From positions 992,001-1,056,000 of the forward strand of contig JBNJNM010000011.1 of NCBI GenBank assembly GCA_052426225.1: 64,000 nucleotides of DNA, given 5' to 3'. This DNA is from Zancudomyces culisetae HAW-14-8. Lineage: Eukaryota; Fungi; Kickxellomycota. The position numbers and the translations under genes are program-made. Shown here one piece after another: positions 1-14,550 of this stretch. The notes under the pieces were generated by a model, which worked only from the letters and a program-made list of their open reading frames with translations, searched no databases and was not told where the DNA came from. Position 1 is the stretch's first letter. Every line of letters starts with the position of its first letter.

Positions 1-676
<676 letters not shown>

Positions 677-1121
677 CGTGCTTTACTTTTGCGTTTGTGT
701 ACTATTTAGTTGATTATGTGATCTATGAAGGGAGGAGTTGCAATCTTGTACACTATTTTTTTGGCACCTATTTTATGTTCAGGAATCTGCTAATATTCAT
801 AACAATCACCATTTATTAGAAAAAGTTGGGAATTGTAAATTTATTTCGTAAATAACAATTTTTCTCGCTATTTGGCTTGCCCCTTTTTGGCCTGTAGCAA
901 AACATTCATTTTTTCGCTTACCATTGGGTGGAAAATAGCCATTAAATTGTCTGATTCTACTGCTTTGTTAACTCTAAACATCACAAATCATGCAGAACCT
1001 TTACAAACCAGCTGCTGATTTGTGAACCCTTTAACTTTATATTTTTTCGGCTATTCCACAAAATAATATAAGGCGTGCTGGGCAAGCCTGGTAAACCTGG
1101 TTTAAAGTCCAGTTTTTCAAT

Positions 1122-1150
1122 ATGATGATAATGATGATGATGATAATGAT
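1122..1150. repeat. Imperfect (ATG/ATA)n trinucleotide microsatellite
   Basis: atgatgataatgatgatgatgataatgat is seen directly; it explains the His run in spurious ORF 981-1196. Confidence 0.8.
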
Positions 1151-1354
1151 ACCACATACACATGGTATGCAGATAGCCCTGAAACTCGTTCGTCACTATA
1201 CAAGTTACAACTATCTGTAAGGCCAGTATACAGCATTATAAACAAAAAGATAGACTCGTTTTAATTCAAGGTGATGTAAATCCCAAAAAAATATTATCAC
1301 TTATAAATGCGAAAAAAAAGACAACAAGCAAATTCAATGTGGTACCAAACAAGA

Positions 1355-5252
<3,898 letters not shown>

Positions 5253-7197
5253 TTATACTTTCCTGTGTATATATTAAATTGCCTGTTTTAACCTATTTTC
5301 AGAAATTTAAAATCATAAAACTGTAAGTATTGTACTTTTAGACCCAAGTTGATGAATTTTGAACTAATTGTGTGACTTTGTATATGAATTTTAGCAATAA
5401 TTGATTTTTAGTGTATCCAAAACATTGATTATCAAAAAAAAGTTGTAATTTGTTCTTAGATTTAGCAAATTACCATTCCTGATCAGTTAAAACCAAGAAA
5501 TTGATTAAGATTTTAATTGAACTGAAAAAGCCAAACAAATATCATCCAAATTGGACAGAAAATCTACAGAGTATGGACCTGGCTGCTCGGTTATATCTTT
5601 GTAAAAACCATATACTATCCGAATACCAGTTCAATGTGGAAGGTGAGAGTTGGTTGAAAAGCACAAATGATCAGTAAAACTCAGAGGGTTTGGTCAATTG
5701 AAGTTGTCTGGAGTGCATATCAAGCACACAATTGTGAGTAGTAGTATATCGAGCTTCAAGCTTATTTATAGTTTATGTGGTTTTGCGACAAATTAACAAT
5801 CTACCTAAAAAAAGATGTAGTGAAGTATTGTAGAGTTAGTTGTGTTTGTGACTCGATTTAGTATGAGGTTTATCACCTCTTTTTGATTTAAACTTTTGTG
5901 ATAACCCCGTTTTCTATAAAGATAATGGTAAAACAAGTTAATATAGCACATTTCTTTTAATTGTGGGTATTGAGATATTACTAGTTGTATTATACCTTGG
6001 AGGTGAGTATTTAGAGACTGGAGTAGAAGAGAAATGCACTATTCGGTATTTGGTTAACCTCTTGGTTTACACTTTTACTGTTGGATAGAATAATAGAACG
6101 CGTTGAAAAATGGAAAACCAGATACTAGTATACTTTGAAGTTGCCTTACTTCAGTTACACAAAACTATAGTATCAAAGCTACTTCCACTTCCCTGAATGC
6201 TAAAACACAAAAAACAATATGACAAGAAATTAAAACAGAGTTAATATTTACATTGTTAGTTGGTGATAATATTGTTATCCAACAGTTAATGGTGAGGTGA
6301 TATTATACCAGTTAATCAGTGTTGTAGCTTAGTATGCTGATACTTGAGACCATGTCATTTTTTTTACCATGTCATTTTTAGTTTGTGTATATCATGGTTT
6401 AACAAACACATTGAGTAGACCCAGACATTCAATGTTTATTTACTCCAGTTGGCTTCAGTTTGTGTGTCCATGTATGCTATTGTCAACCCCATTCTAGTTT
6501 GTTGTTCCAGCTTAGTAACATCCGAGTCATTTACTTATTATTGAAAAGGTTAATACTAGCTTTGAATATGTGAATATTCATGTCGAGCTACCTTGTGCAT
6601 GTGTGTCAGTTGGTTATCATTTTCCAAGTTCAAAAAGTAATAATAAGTGCTGTTTTTGTGGTTGTGTTTGCTAATACATGCATATTTGTTTACCTATTCA
6701 CACCACAAACTAATGCAAATGGTTTATCACGTCAAACATCATGCTTATTAATAGATAGCTATACAAACCATAGCAGTTCTTTTTGCTTACTTTTGTATGC
6801 GTTATTGTGTATTTTGTTTTGGAAAAATGGTTACGAATTCCAAACAACCACCTATACAATATATCTATAAATGCAGTATTAAAGATACTGTTGCAATATT
6901 AATACCCAACGCAAGTGTTATAGCGTGAAGTGTGGTGTTTGGCGATGAGGGTTGAATAAAAGCATAAATAGCTAGAAACTCTTGAATGAACTCGTAAATA
7001 TTACATTGTATTGAGTACAAGGATTGTATGGTGAATTAGAGCATACATCGTATATTAGTCAGTTTGTAGTAAAATAAAGAGAGCATATAGTGCACAATTG
7101 TTGATAGAGAAAATCTACAATTCTATTGTTTTTAGGATATACGAAACAGAGAGACGCTCGTCTAGATAAAAAAAAAGTAAAAGTAACTTGAAAGAAG

Positions 7198-8847
7198 ATG
7201 CCACATAAACATCAAAGGTTATATATGTGTATAGGGTGTATAAGGTGTATAAGGTGTATAAGGTGTGAAGAGTGTGAAGAGTGTGAAGAGTGTGAATTTT
7301 GTAACAGAATGGAAGATATTGGGTCATTTACAGAAGGGCCAAGCAGAGTAAAAAGGGCTAGAGAGGATAGCTCTGAAAGTGACAGCAGCATTTCTAGTGA
7401 AAAGATTAACTCTACAAGTAGGTGGAATGTGAATTATGTTACTGAGGATCTGTTGATGGGTGTAAACAAGCGCGAGTTAAAATATATATCTGATGGATAT
7501 AAAATACGTAAATACAACAAAAGAGTCGGGTTTTATCTGGAGGAAATGGGCAAGAGAATTCGTAGAATTACCAAGGATGAATTAATGCAAAAGTTTTGCA
7601 TCAATAAAATGCAATATGAAGAATTAACTAGGAATAAAAAGGTCAAACTCAACTACAACGGTACGGACACACTCGATGTCGAAGATACTCTCAAATCTAA
7701 TGTTGTGTTATTAAATGGCAAACAAGTTTTATACGACAATGAAGAATTAAGATTGGAAAACCATATAACTACATTTTCTGATGAACAGATATTCGGTATT
7801 AATAAAAATCTTCTGAAACAGGCAAAGAAAGAATTTATAAGGTTCATCAACGATGATAAAGATGACAAAAACAAAATTAAATATATTCTGTCGTTGTCGT
7901 TGATGGACTTCTACGATAAACTAGAAGAGACCTATATTCGCTCCAAGAGTGAGCTTGAAAGTATTAATGAGGATGAAAATATGAGTTTTCCTGACTTGAA
8001 TTATATAGAAACGCAATACGCTCATATAAACAAATCAAAAAAGTTGATTTTGACTCTACTTAACTCATGGGTACACAGTAGATACGAAATAACACAATTA
8101 ATTAATGAGGCTAACACTAATGATATATATGAGTGTATTGTACCAGTATTAAGGAGCATGAGAGATAATAAAACGTATGAGTCTGTAGTAAACAATTATG
8201 TACAAAACATACTGGATATCTTCAGATTTAATAAAAATACCGAATTAAGTATAGCTCAGTTATATCTAAAAATAGATGATTCTGAAATTCATATTGTATC
8301 CGAAATTGATGTGGCGATATATAACGAGTTTGGAATTTATTGTAACATCGCAATAGAGAACAAGGTGGACAGAAATACTGATGATTTTAACGGCGAAGCG
8401 CAGTTGATCGGAGAGATGTTTGCTTTGTACTTAAGCCATCTTAAAAATAACAAGTCTCTCCGCACAGAAGAATCTAATGATGTTACTGTATACGGAATCC
8501 TTTTTCAAGGATTAATACCTTGTATTTACAAGGCAACTTTTAATGATGAGATAAAGACAAAAATAATACAAAATCTAAAGAACCATGAAAAGGGAGAGAA
8601 GGCCACACATGACTTACCGAATCTGGTAACAAAACTTGTGTTGTTTGAGAATGAACTAGACTTGATCGAAAGGCCTGATTCGAGAAATTTTTCGTATTAT
8701 ATTTTGGAACTTTTAAGAAGAGTAATACTATATAGTACGAATACGTACTTGGTCTGTAATATAACCCCGAACAATTCAGAGGTTACAGAAGATGATTATA
8801 GTATCGACACTATGGAATCCTCCCAGGAAATAATACGTGTAGATTAG
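7198..8847 (+). CDS. Orphan intronless protein with C-terminal PD-(D/E)xK restriction-endonuclease-like domain (Crinkler/CR-REase-like); alternative start at ATG 7309
   Basis: A 549-codon open frame in AT-rich DNA. Motif series YESVVNNYVQNIL ... EIDVAI ... IAIENK ... GEAQLIGEMFA ... VYGILFQG..PCIYK. Confidence 0.65.
   Translation: MPHKHQRLYMCIGCIRCIRCIRCEECEECEECEFCNRMEDIGSFTEGPSRVKRAREDSSESDSSISSEKINSTSRWNVNYVTEDLLMGVNKRELKYISDGYKIRKYNKRVGFYLEEMGKRIRRITKDELMQKFCINKMQYEELTRNKKVKLNYNGTDTLDVEDTLKSNVVLLNGKQVLYDNEELRLENHITTFSDEQIFGINKNLLKQAKKEFIRFINDDKDDKNKIKYILSLSLMDFYDKLEETYIRSKSELESINEDENMSFPDLNYIETQYAHINKSKKLILTLLNSWVHSRYEITQLINEANTNDIYECIVPVLRSMRDNKTYESVVNNYVQNILDIFRFNKNTELSIAQLYLKIDDSEIHIVSEIDVAIYNEFGIYCNIAIENKVDRNTDDFNGEAQLIGEMFALYLSHLKNNKSLRTEESNDVTVYGILFQGLIPCIYKATFNDEIKTKIIQNLKNHEKGEKATHDLPNLVTKLVLFENELDLIERPDSRNFSYYILELLRRVILYSTNTYLVCNITPNNSEVTEDDYSIDTMESSQEIIRVD
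7227..7298 (+). repeat. 9-bp tandem array: GTGTATAGG, (GTGTATAAG)x3, (GTGTGAAGA)x3, GTGTGAATT
   Basis: Read directly; in frame with the ORF it encodes CIG-CIR-CIR-CIR-CEE-CEE-CEE-CEF-C. Confidence 0.95.
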
Positions 8848-9366
8848 CTGTTTTATATGCTTTATACGTTCTATGTGTTTTATGTTTTATATGGTTACTA
8901 AATAAACACCTTTAAAAACCAAAACAAAAAGTGTTCTACACAACATATATTTGCTTATCCCTCTACTGTGTTTACACATTTGATCGGGTTCAAGGATCCA
9001 GACCTTAATATTAAGGATTATTATTGGTATTCTTTTCTTGTAAAGGACGAAGGAGGGAAGACTAATAGTGGTGCACAGGTAGGAAGAATCACGTCTAGTA
9101 ATACTGGAATAGCTATTCAACACCGTCTTTTTTTTTTACAGACCAAGCAATAGAATAAATGAAGAAAAGAGAAGGGGAGGCGGGGGAAAAGAATCATAGA
9201 TATTTAATGTTGCAAATGGTGTAATAAATGATTGGGCTTTTAAGAATATTGCTAATGGCTGATAAGTGAACGAGATAGTGATCTCAGAGTCGAATCAAGT
9301 CTTTTTCGAATAAACAAGTAGAAATATCACAAAAATATAAGCATTATTTAGACAGAGAGAGAAAGT

Positions 9367-12300
9367 TTAAACTGTAGAAGGAATTCCAAATTCCTTCATT
9401 AGTTTCTTGTATGGTCTACGAGTAGACTTAATACCCAGTGCGAGCAATCTATCTTTAGCACTGGCAATGCTAGAAGCATAATGGGCACGAGAGATTTCCA
9501 TACTCCTGCCATTTTGATAATCAGAGGTTGGGTTCAAGGGAGAATAGCCGTAGTTTTGGTTGTAATTTCTATGGCCAGAACTATAACCATATGCATAGCT
9601 GTAATCATGACCATGTCCAAGTTCAGGATCGTTGTAGTTGTCTCTAGATTCTAATACACTTGATGAATTATGAACACCAGCACCAGACTCAGCTAGGTAT
9701 GTACTGTGCATTCCAGCTCGTGATGTGTCAAAAGTCAGTTTGCTGTCATGGATATTTCTAGCATCTTCTAAATTTCTGTTGGTATCTAGATTGTAGCCAC
9801 GGGTTGAGTAATCTGTAGCCAGTTGGCCAGCGATAGGAGTACCAGTTTCTTGAGAGTGAACATGATATATGGTCTGTGAGTGTGATGGCTGTATGTTACT
9901 AGAGGATGAAAAAGAATCATTTTGATCTTTTTGGGGCGAAGTGTATAAAGTGCTGGCAAGACGGGGAGGTTTCAACATGGCCATTTCGTTTGATTCGGGA
10001 AAATCATCAAAGTGAGGTTTTCTTTGAAGAATGTAGATCTTGAATCCATTGACAAGTATACGGACAAGTTTGATGAAGTATGGGGCAATTGAAGGGAATA
10101 TAAAGGCTTCACCCAAATAAGCAAGCGTAAATCCGATAGCAGAAATAACTAGAATATACCCCCTGAAAGTGTCGGATATTAGTGACAGTTCAAACGTATT
10201 GGTCAAAAACTTTGCAGGGTACCAAACAACAACACATGCGATAGCCACTAGTAGGAAAAAGCTGATGATAAATGGCTTGTTGGTATAGACAGGTTGACGG
10301 TATGGTGGGCCGATGGTGAATACCCAACCGATATAGATGTACTGGAACAGTGAAATCATAAATAAGGTTGTGTTTTCAAACGATTCAACCAGAATATGCT
10401 CCCCCTTTCCTCTGTCAGGGTTATACATGTCTGGTGGTGTGTAGAACGGTTGGCGTTTGACCAGGTTGTATCCGATAAGCTGGAATATAATAACCAAAAT
10501 GACTTGACCAAACAAAGAGGTCAAAACCTGTTTGCCCACAAGACTTGCGGTGGGTGGTTTGATGGCAATTCGAGAGAATGGAAGTGTGCCAGCCATAGCA
10601 ATTGCAAGCGGAACGATTATGAACAGATCGATAAACAAAAACTGAAGATCACCCAGACTTCCTCCGTATATATACAACATGGAAATCGAAGTGAACTGGA
10701 TCATACTGTATAGTGCCATGAACTTGAAGCAACTGAAACTAGTCACAAGAGCTGCTCTACCTTCTTTTATCACGTCCAATATACAGCTGATGTCTTGGCA
10801 TCGCGACGTAAATGGTGCCGCCACACTAGCCTCGGCATCAGATAATGACAAACCCACATCGGCTGCACGCAAGGCGCTGCAATCGTTTGCACCATCCCCA
10901 CAGAATCCGGGGCAGTATCCCAAATCCTGTAGGCGCTCCATAAGCTCGCCCTTTTCGTCAGGAGACATTCTAGCATACACAATAGCCATCATTAGCATGC
11001 GATTGATGGTTACTTTGTCACTGCCATCCAGAATATACCGAAATATGTCTCCGGTAACTGCCAACACGTAATCTTTTGCACACACCAAATTCTGTTGCAA
11101 ATCTGATTTGTTAAGCAGCGTCCCAATCAAATCTCCGATGGATTGCCACTGGTTCGCGTGTATTAGACTAGCCTCACTATTGGAGAATTGCTCATTGCTA
11201 GTTGCCTTGCGGGTGGCACCCCAGCAGATGTACCGCTGATCAATACGTCTGGGCTCATAAGTATATGGATCTAAAAAGCTAGATTCATCGTCTACATCAT
11301 ACCAAATCACCATTGCCATATTTTCGGTTTTTTGGGGTCCGTCAGTACGTATGGTAATGAGCTCCGGAACGTAAACTCCGACATTGTGTTGTATCATTTC
11401 ACACTGCTTAGCTACACTGATTGCTGTCAGCAGGTTGTCCCCTGTACACATTAAAGTCTTGATGTTTGCCTGTCGCAATTCAGTCAAGACTTGGTGACTT
11501 GCTGGTTTAATACGATTTTCAAAAATAATAAACCCTAAAAACACCAACTCGCTTTCCACATCTTCTCGCGACTGTTTCATTACCTTGGCCCATGGCAAGC
11601 TTATAATTTTACCCGCCAGTGCAAGTACTCTGTACCCAGAATGTGCATACTCGGCTAACACCTTGTCGTAGTCGTGTGGAACTGTACCCTTGACGCACAA
11701 TTCACGTATCATTTCCGGTGCACCTTTCACATACCCATAATGCATTTTTTTGTCCAATCTTCTTACAATTACACTCATTCTCCGTAGCGATGCTGAAAAA
11801 TCAAATGTTTTTACTATTCCGAACTCAAAGGGACTCACTTCATCAGAATATTCGCTAATAGATCGCCCCTTTTGTATGCCCAACTTTGTCGCACTGTTGA
11901 ATTGGTGATCTGGGGGAGGTCGCACGATAGTTGGAAGCGGGCCAGACGCAAGGCCAAACCCTTTGTTGCCCCCTCCATCGCTTGGTACTACTGATATCTC
12001 GTCTCCCGATTGTTCATCATCATCTAACTCTTCCAGCGACCAGCCTGTGCTGCAGAACATTTTTATATCCAATGGATCACCTATCATATTACCTCTGACT
12101 ATTTTTATTGAATGGCAGGTGGCCAGCCCATATATCAGCTTGAGTTCGCTATTTAACAGCATCCGCTCATCTACCACCATTTCCTCACCAGCCATCCCTT
12201 TTGTGTAATTCAGGTTCCCCACTTCCTGAACTAGCGGTTTCAATCGTGCGTCGCTAACTCCGGGTTCATCAGTGTTTTGATCCAAACTACAATCTTTACT

Positions 12301-14550
12301 TAAAGAAACTTGAACCCCCAACACATCCAACCCTTCCTCGGTGAGTGTTCCTGTCTTGTCAAACGCTATGATATCTAATCTCCCACATACATTGATTCGG
12401 GGTGGTGAGATACAATATATCATTTTTTTCTTGAGCCTTCTAAGTGAAATACTTGTACCGATCGACATTGTGGCTGGTAAAGCAGGAGGAACAACAATTG
12501 TTATCAAGTCCAAAGCCTTGGTTATAATCACTTTGATGCTTAACCCCAGTCGGATAAAATTAAACAGACTGAGTCCAAACCCTATCAGCGCTACAATCGC
12601 CAGTACAAATATAAACTTGAATGAATCTTCATATAGTTTAAATTTATTTTTTCTCGGAAACAGAATCGAACGAACAAGTGCTCCTTTCGTCGTGTTGAAT
12701 CCTGTTCTAACTACCAGTGCTGTTGCCCTGGATGGTCCCAACGCCCTTTCCACTACCCTTGTATCCTCCTTCAACCATTCTCTACCTCCAAACCCAAACC
12801 CTGTTTTCTTTACCCTTACTATGTGTGTTCCGCAAAACAAGAAATGTTTCGAGATCTCAGTTGAAAATGTCGATAGTTCCAAATCCAATTTTTCGAAAAC
12901 TTCAGGCCCAACGGGTGTCTTTGAAACAGGTATCGACTCACCCGTCAAAATACTCTCGTTGGCAATACAGCTTCCTTCAAGCAACAACGCATCACATGGA
13001 ATTATTTTGAGATCCTCTGTTGATAAACTAAATACATCGCCAGGTAATAACTCGGATGAATCTATATCGCGCCAGACCTTGTCTCTATAAACCTGGATAG
13101 TACACGAAAATCTTGACATTTCTATTATTTTTTCGGCATTTTTCTTCGTTTCAATTAAAGTTGTTATTATGGTTGCTACTGAGATTATTACTATACATCC
13201 TGCATAGTAATAATAGTTATCAAACATCCATAACATGACACTAGCAACCTGGAATATATAAAACGGATGCAAAACCTCATCAACCAGAATTGTAAGTGTC
13301 GATTTTCTCTTAACATCAATGTTATTACTTCCAAACACCGCCTCACGTAAATTCTTTTCATTAACAGTAAGTCCCTTGCGAACGCTAAGCGGCTTACTTA
13401 TCCATTTCCGAGATTTATACAATGCAATATGCAAATATTTGTGAAGCAACGGATGATAAATAAACCTGTGATGTCTATACGTAAACAACAAAATCCGCGA
13501 AACCACAGTGTCTTTCTTTTCTTTAAATGGTCCTCTGCTCGCCAAATCACCAAACAGCTCTTCTAGTTTCCCACCATAAAATCTTGCCTCAACATCTTCC
13601 AGAGTCGTCCCCCCATCGCTTTCTGTAATGGAAAGTTGTGTAGCCTCATCCAAAGAACATTCCTCCATTGTATATCGCACCTTTTTCTTTGGGAACCATC
13701 TCCCGAGTATATACACTATGCCAAGTGTCAGCACACATAATACCTTGTATATAATCTGGCCAGGCTTATACTCTCTCACACCCACAACCCTAATGTAAAT
13801 ATCTTCCTGACTCAAATGTATCGTTTGCTCATATGGATTTCCATTTGGCATAAACTGTTCACCATCGACATCATAATCATTGTACACATCTCCAGGCCGA
13901 TCACTACTGTCTTTGGTGTATATTTTATCCATTGTATCAAAGTCAACATCTTCCTTAAAATCGTCTGTCCTTTTGACCACATCGAGTGATTCCCTTTTGT
14001 ATCCGTCCATACTTTCTTCTGACACCCACGGGTTATCTGGTTTAAAGAACCCATCTCCACCTCTCCACTCACCAGTAACCTGAGTATGATCCTCTTGTGG
14101 AATACTCTTATCTTCGAAAAATATGTCGTCCGTATAACCCTCCTCGGTTTCCTTGATTTGGCCAGCCCAACTCGACCCCCCTCCTACAATTTTCTCTCCT
14201 ACTTTTTTACCATTTGCAGCAACCCCCAAAGCTTCATTTTCTGTGCTAAGCCTTCTTGATAGATTGGACTGCTTTTTAGTAAGGTTGTACTTAGCTTCGC
14301 GCTCAACCAGAGCATCATATCCCGAATCTAGAGATAAAAGGGGAGTAGCCGGGCTTTTCTTGGAAACAATGTTGACATCCCTCTTGTCTCCAGGATACCT
14401 TTTGCTGAAGGAGTTCGAATGACTAAAGCTTTGTTGAGACTTACTTTTATTGCTGGGCTGAATGTCTATCTGATGCTCTAAGCTTGAGTATGAGTTTTTT
14501 GTTGATGAATTCTTTTCTTTACTTTTCTCGCTTGGCTTTTTGGTCGGCAT
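9367..14550 (-). CDS. YPK9: P5B-type ATPase (vacuolar polyamine/cation transporter, Ypk9/ATP13A2-like), single exon
   Basis: LTGES, the P5B-specific PPALP in TM4, DKTGTLT phosphorylation site, KGAPE, TGDNL and GDGANDC; FYIFQ and FIDL motifs. Confidence 0.95.
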   Translation of the reverse strand: MPTKKPSEKSKEKNSSTKNSYSSLEHQIDIQPSNKSKSQQSFSHSNSFSKRYPGDKRDVNIVSKKSPATPLLSLDSGYDALVEREAKYNLTKKQSNLSRRLSTENEALGVAANGKKVGEKIVGGGSSWAGQIKETEEGYTDDIFFEDKSIPQEDHTQVTGEWRGGDGFFKPDNPWVSEESMDGYKRESLDVVKRTDDFKEDVDFDTMDKIYTKDSSDRPGDVYNDYDVDGEQFMPNGNPYEQTIHLSQEDIYIRVVGVREYKPGQIIYKVLCVLTLGIVYILGRWFPKKKVRYTMEECSLDEATQLSITESDGGTTLEDVEARFYGGKLEELFGDLASRGPFKEKKDTVVSRILLFTYRHHRFIYHPLLHKYLHIALYKSRKWISKPLSVRKGLTVNEKNLREAVFGSNNIDVKRKSTLTILVDEVLHPFYIFQVASVMLWMFDNYYYYAGCIVIISVATIITTLIETKKNAEKIIEMSRFSCTIQVYRDKVWRDIDSSELLPGDVFSLSTEDLKIIPCDALLLEGSCIANESILTGESIPVSKTPVGPEVFEKLDLELSTFSTEISKHFLFCGTHIVRVKKTGFGFGGREWLKEDTRVVERALGPSRATALVVRTGFNTTKGALVRSILFPRKNKFKLYEDSFKFIFVLAIVALIGFGLSLFNFIRLGLSIKVIITKALDLITIVVPPALPATMSIGTSISLRRLKKKMIYCISPPRINVCGRLDIIAFDKTGTLTEEGLDVLGVQVSLSKDCSLDQNTDEPGVSDARLKPLVQEVGNLNYTKGMAGEEMVVDERMLLNSELKLIYGLATCHSIKIVRGNMIGDPLDIKMFCSTGWSLEELDDDEQSGDEISVVPSDGGGNKGFGLASGPLPTIVRPPPDHQFNSATKLGIQKGRSISEYSDEVSPFEFGIVKTFDFSASLRRMSVIVRRLDKKMHYGYVKGAPEMIRELCVKGTVPHDYDKVLAEYAHSGYRVLALAGKIISLPWAKVMKQSREDVESELVFLGFIIFENRIKPASHQVLTELRQANIKTLMCTGDNLLTAISVAKQCEMIQHNVGVYVPELITIRTDGPQKTENMAMVIWYDVDDESSFLDPYTYEPRRIDQRYICWGATRKATSNEQFSNSEASLIHANQWQSIGDLIGTLLNKSDLQQNLVCAKDYVLAVTGDIFRYILDGSDKVTINRMLMMAIVYARMSPDEKGELMERLQDLGYCPGFCGDGANDCSALRAADVGLSLSDAEASVAAPFTSRCQDISCILDVIKEGRAALVTSFSCFKFMALYSMIQFTSISMLYIYGGSLGDLQFLFIDLFIIVPLAIAMAGTLPFSRIAIKPPTASLVGKQVLTSLFGQVILVIIFQLIGYNLVKRQPFYTPPDMYNPDRGKGEHILVESFENTTLFMISLFQYIYIGWVFTIGPPYRQPVYTNKPFIISFFLLVAIACVVVWYPAKFLTNTFELSLISDTFRGYILVISAIGFTLAYLGEAFIFPSIAPYFIKLVRILVNGFKIYILQRKPHFDDFPESNEMAMLKPPRLASTLYTSPQKDQNDSFSSSSNIQPSHSQTIYHVHSQETGTPIAGQLATDYSTRGYNLDTNRNLEDARNIHDSKLTFDTSRAGMHSTYLAESGAGVHNSSSVLESRDNYNDPELGHGHDYSYAYGYSSGHRNYNQNYGYSPLNPTSDYQNGRSMEISRAHYASSIASAKDRLLALGIKSTRRPYKKLMKEFGIPSTV

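Noticed and set aside
981-1196. 71-aa ORF with a poly-His run
   Set aside because: The His run comes from an ATG/ATA microsatellite; the start is non-ATG and nothing else supports coding.
10396-14422. Numerous antisense ORFs within YPK9 (similar cases in UPF2, the PEX26-like gene and RIO1)
   Set aside because: Shadow frames of long real CDSs.
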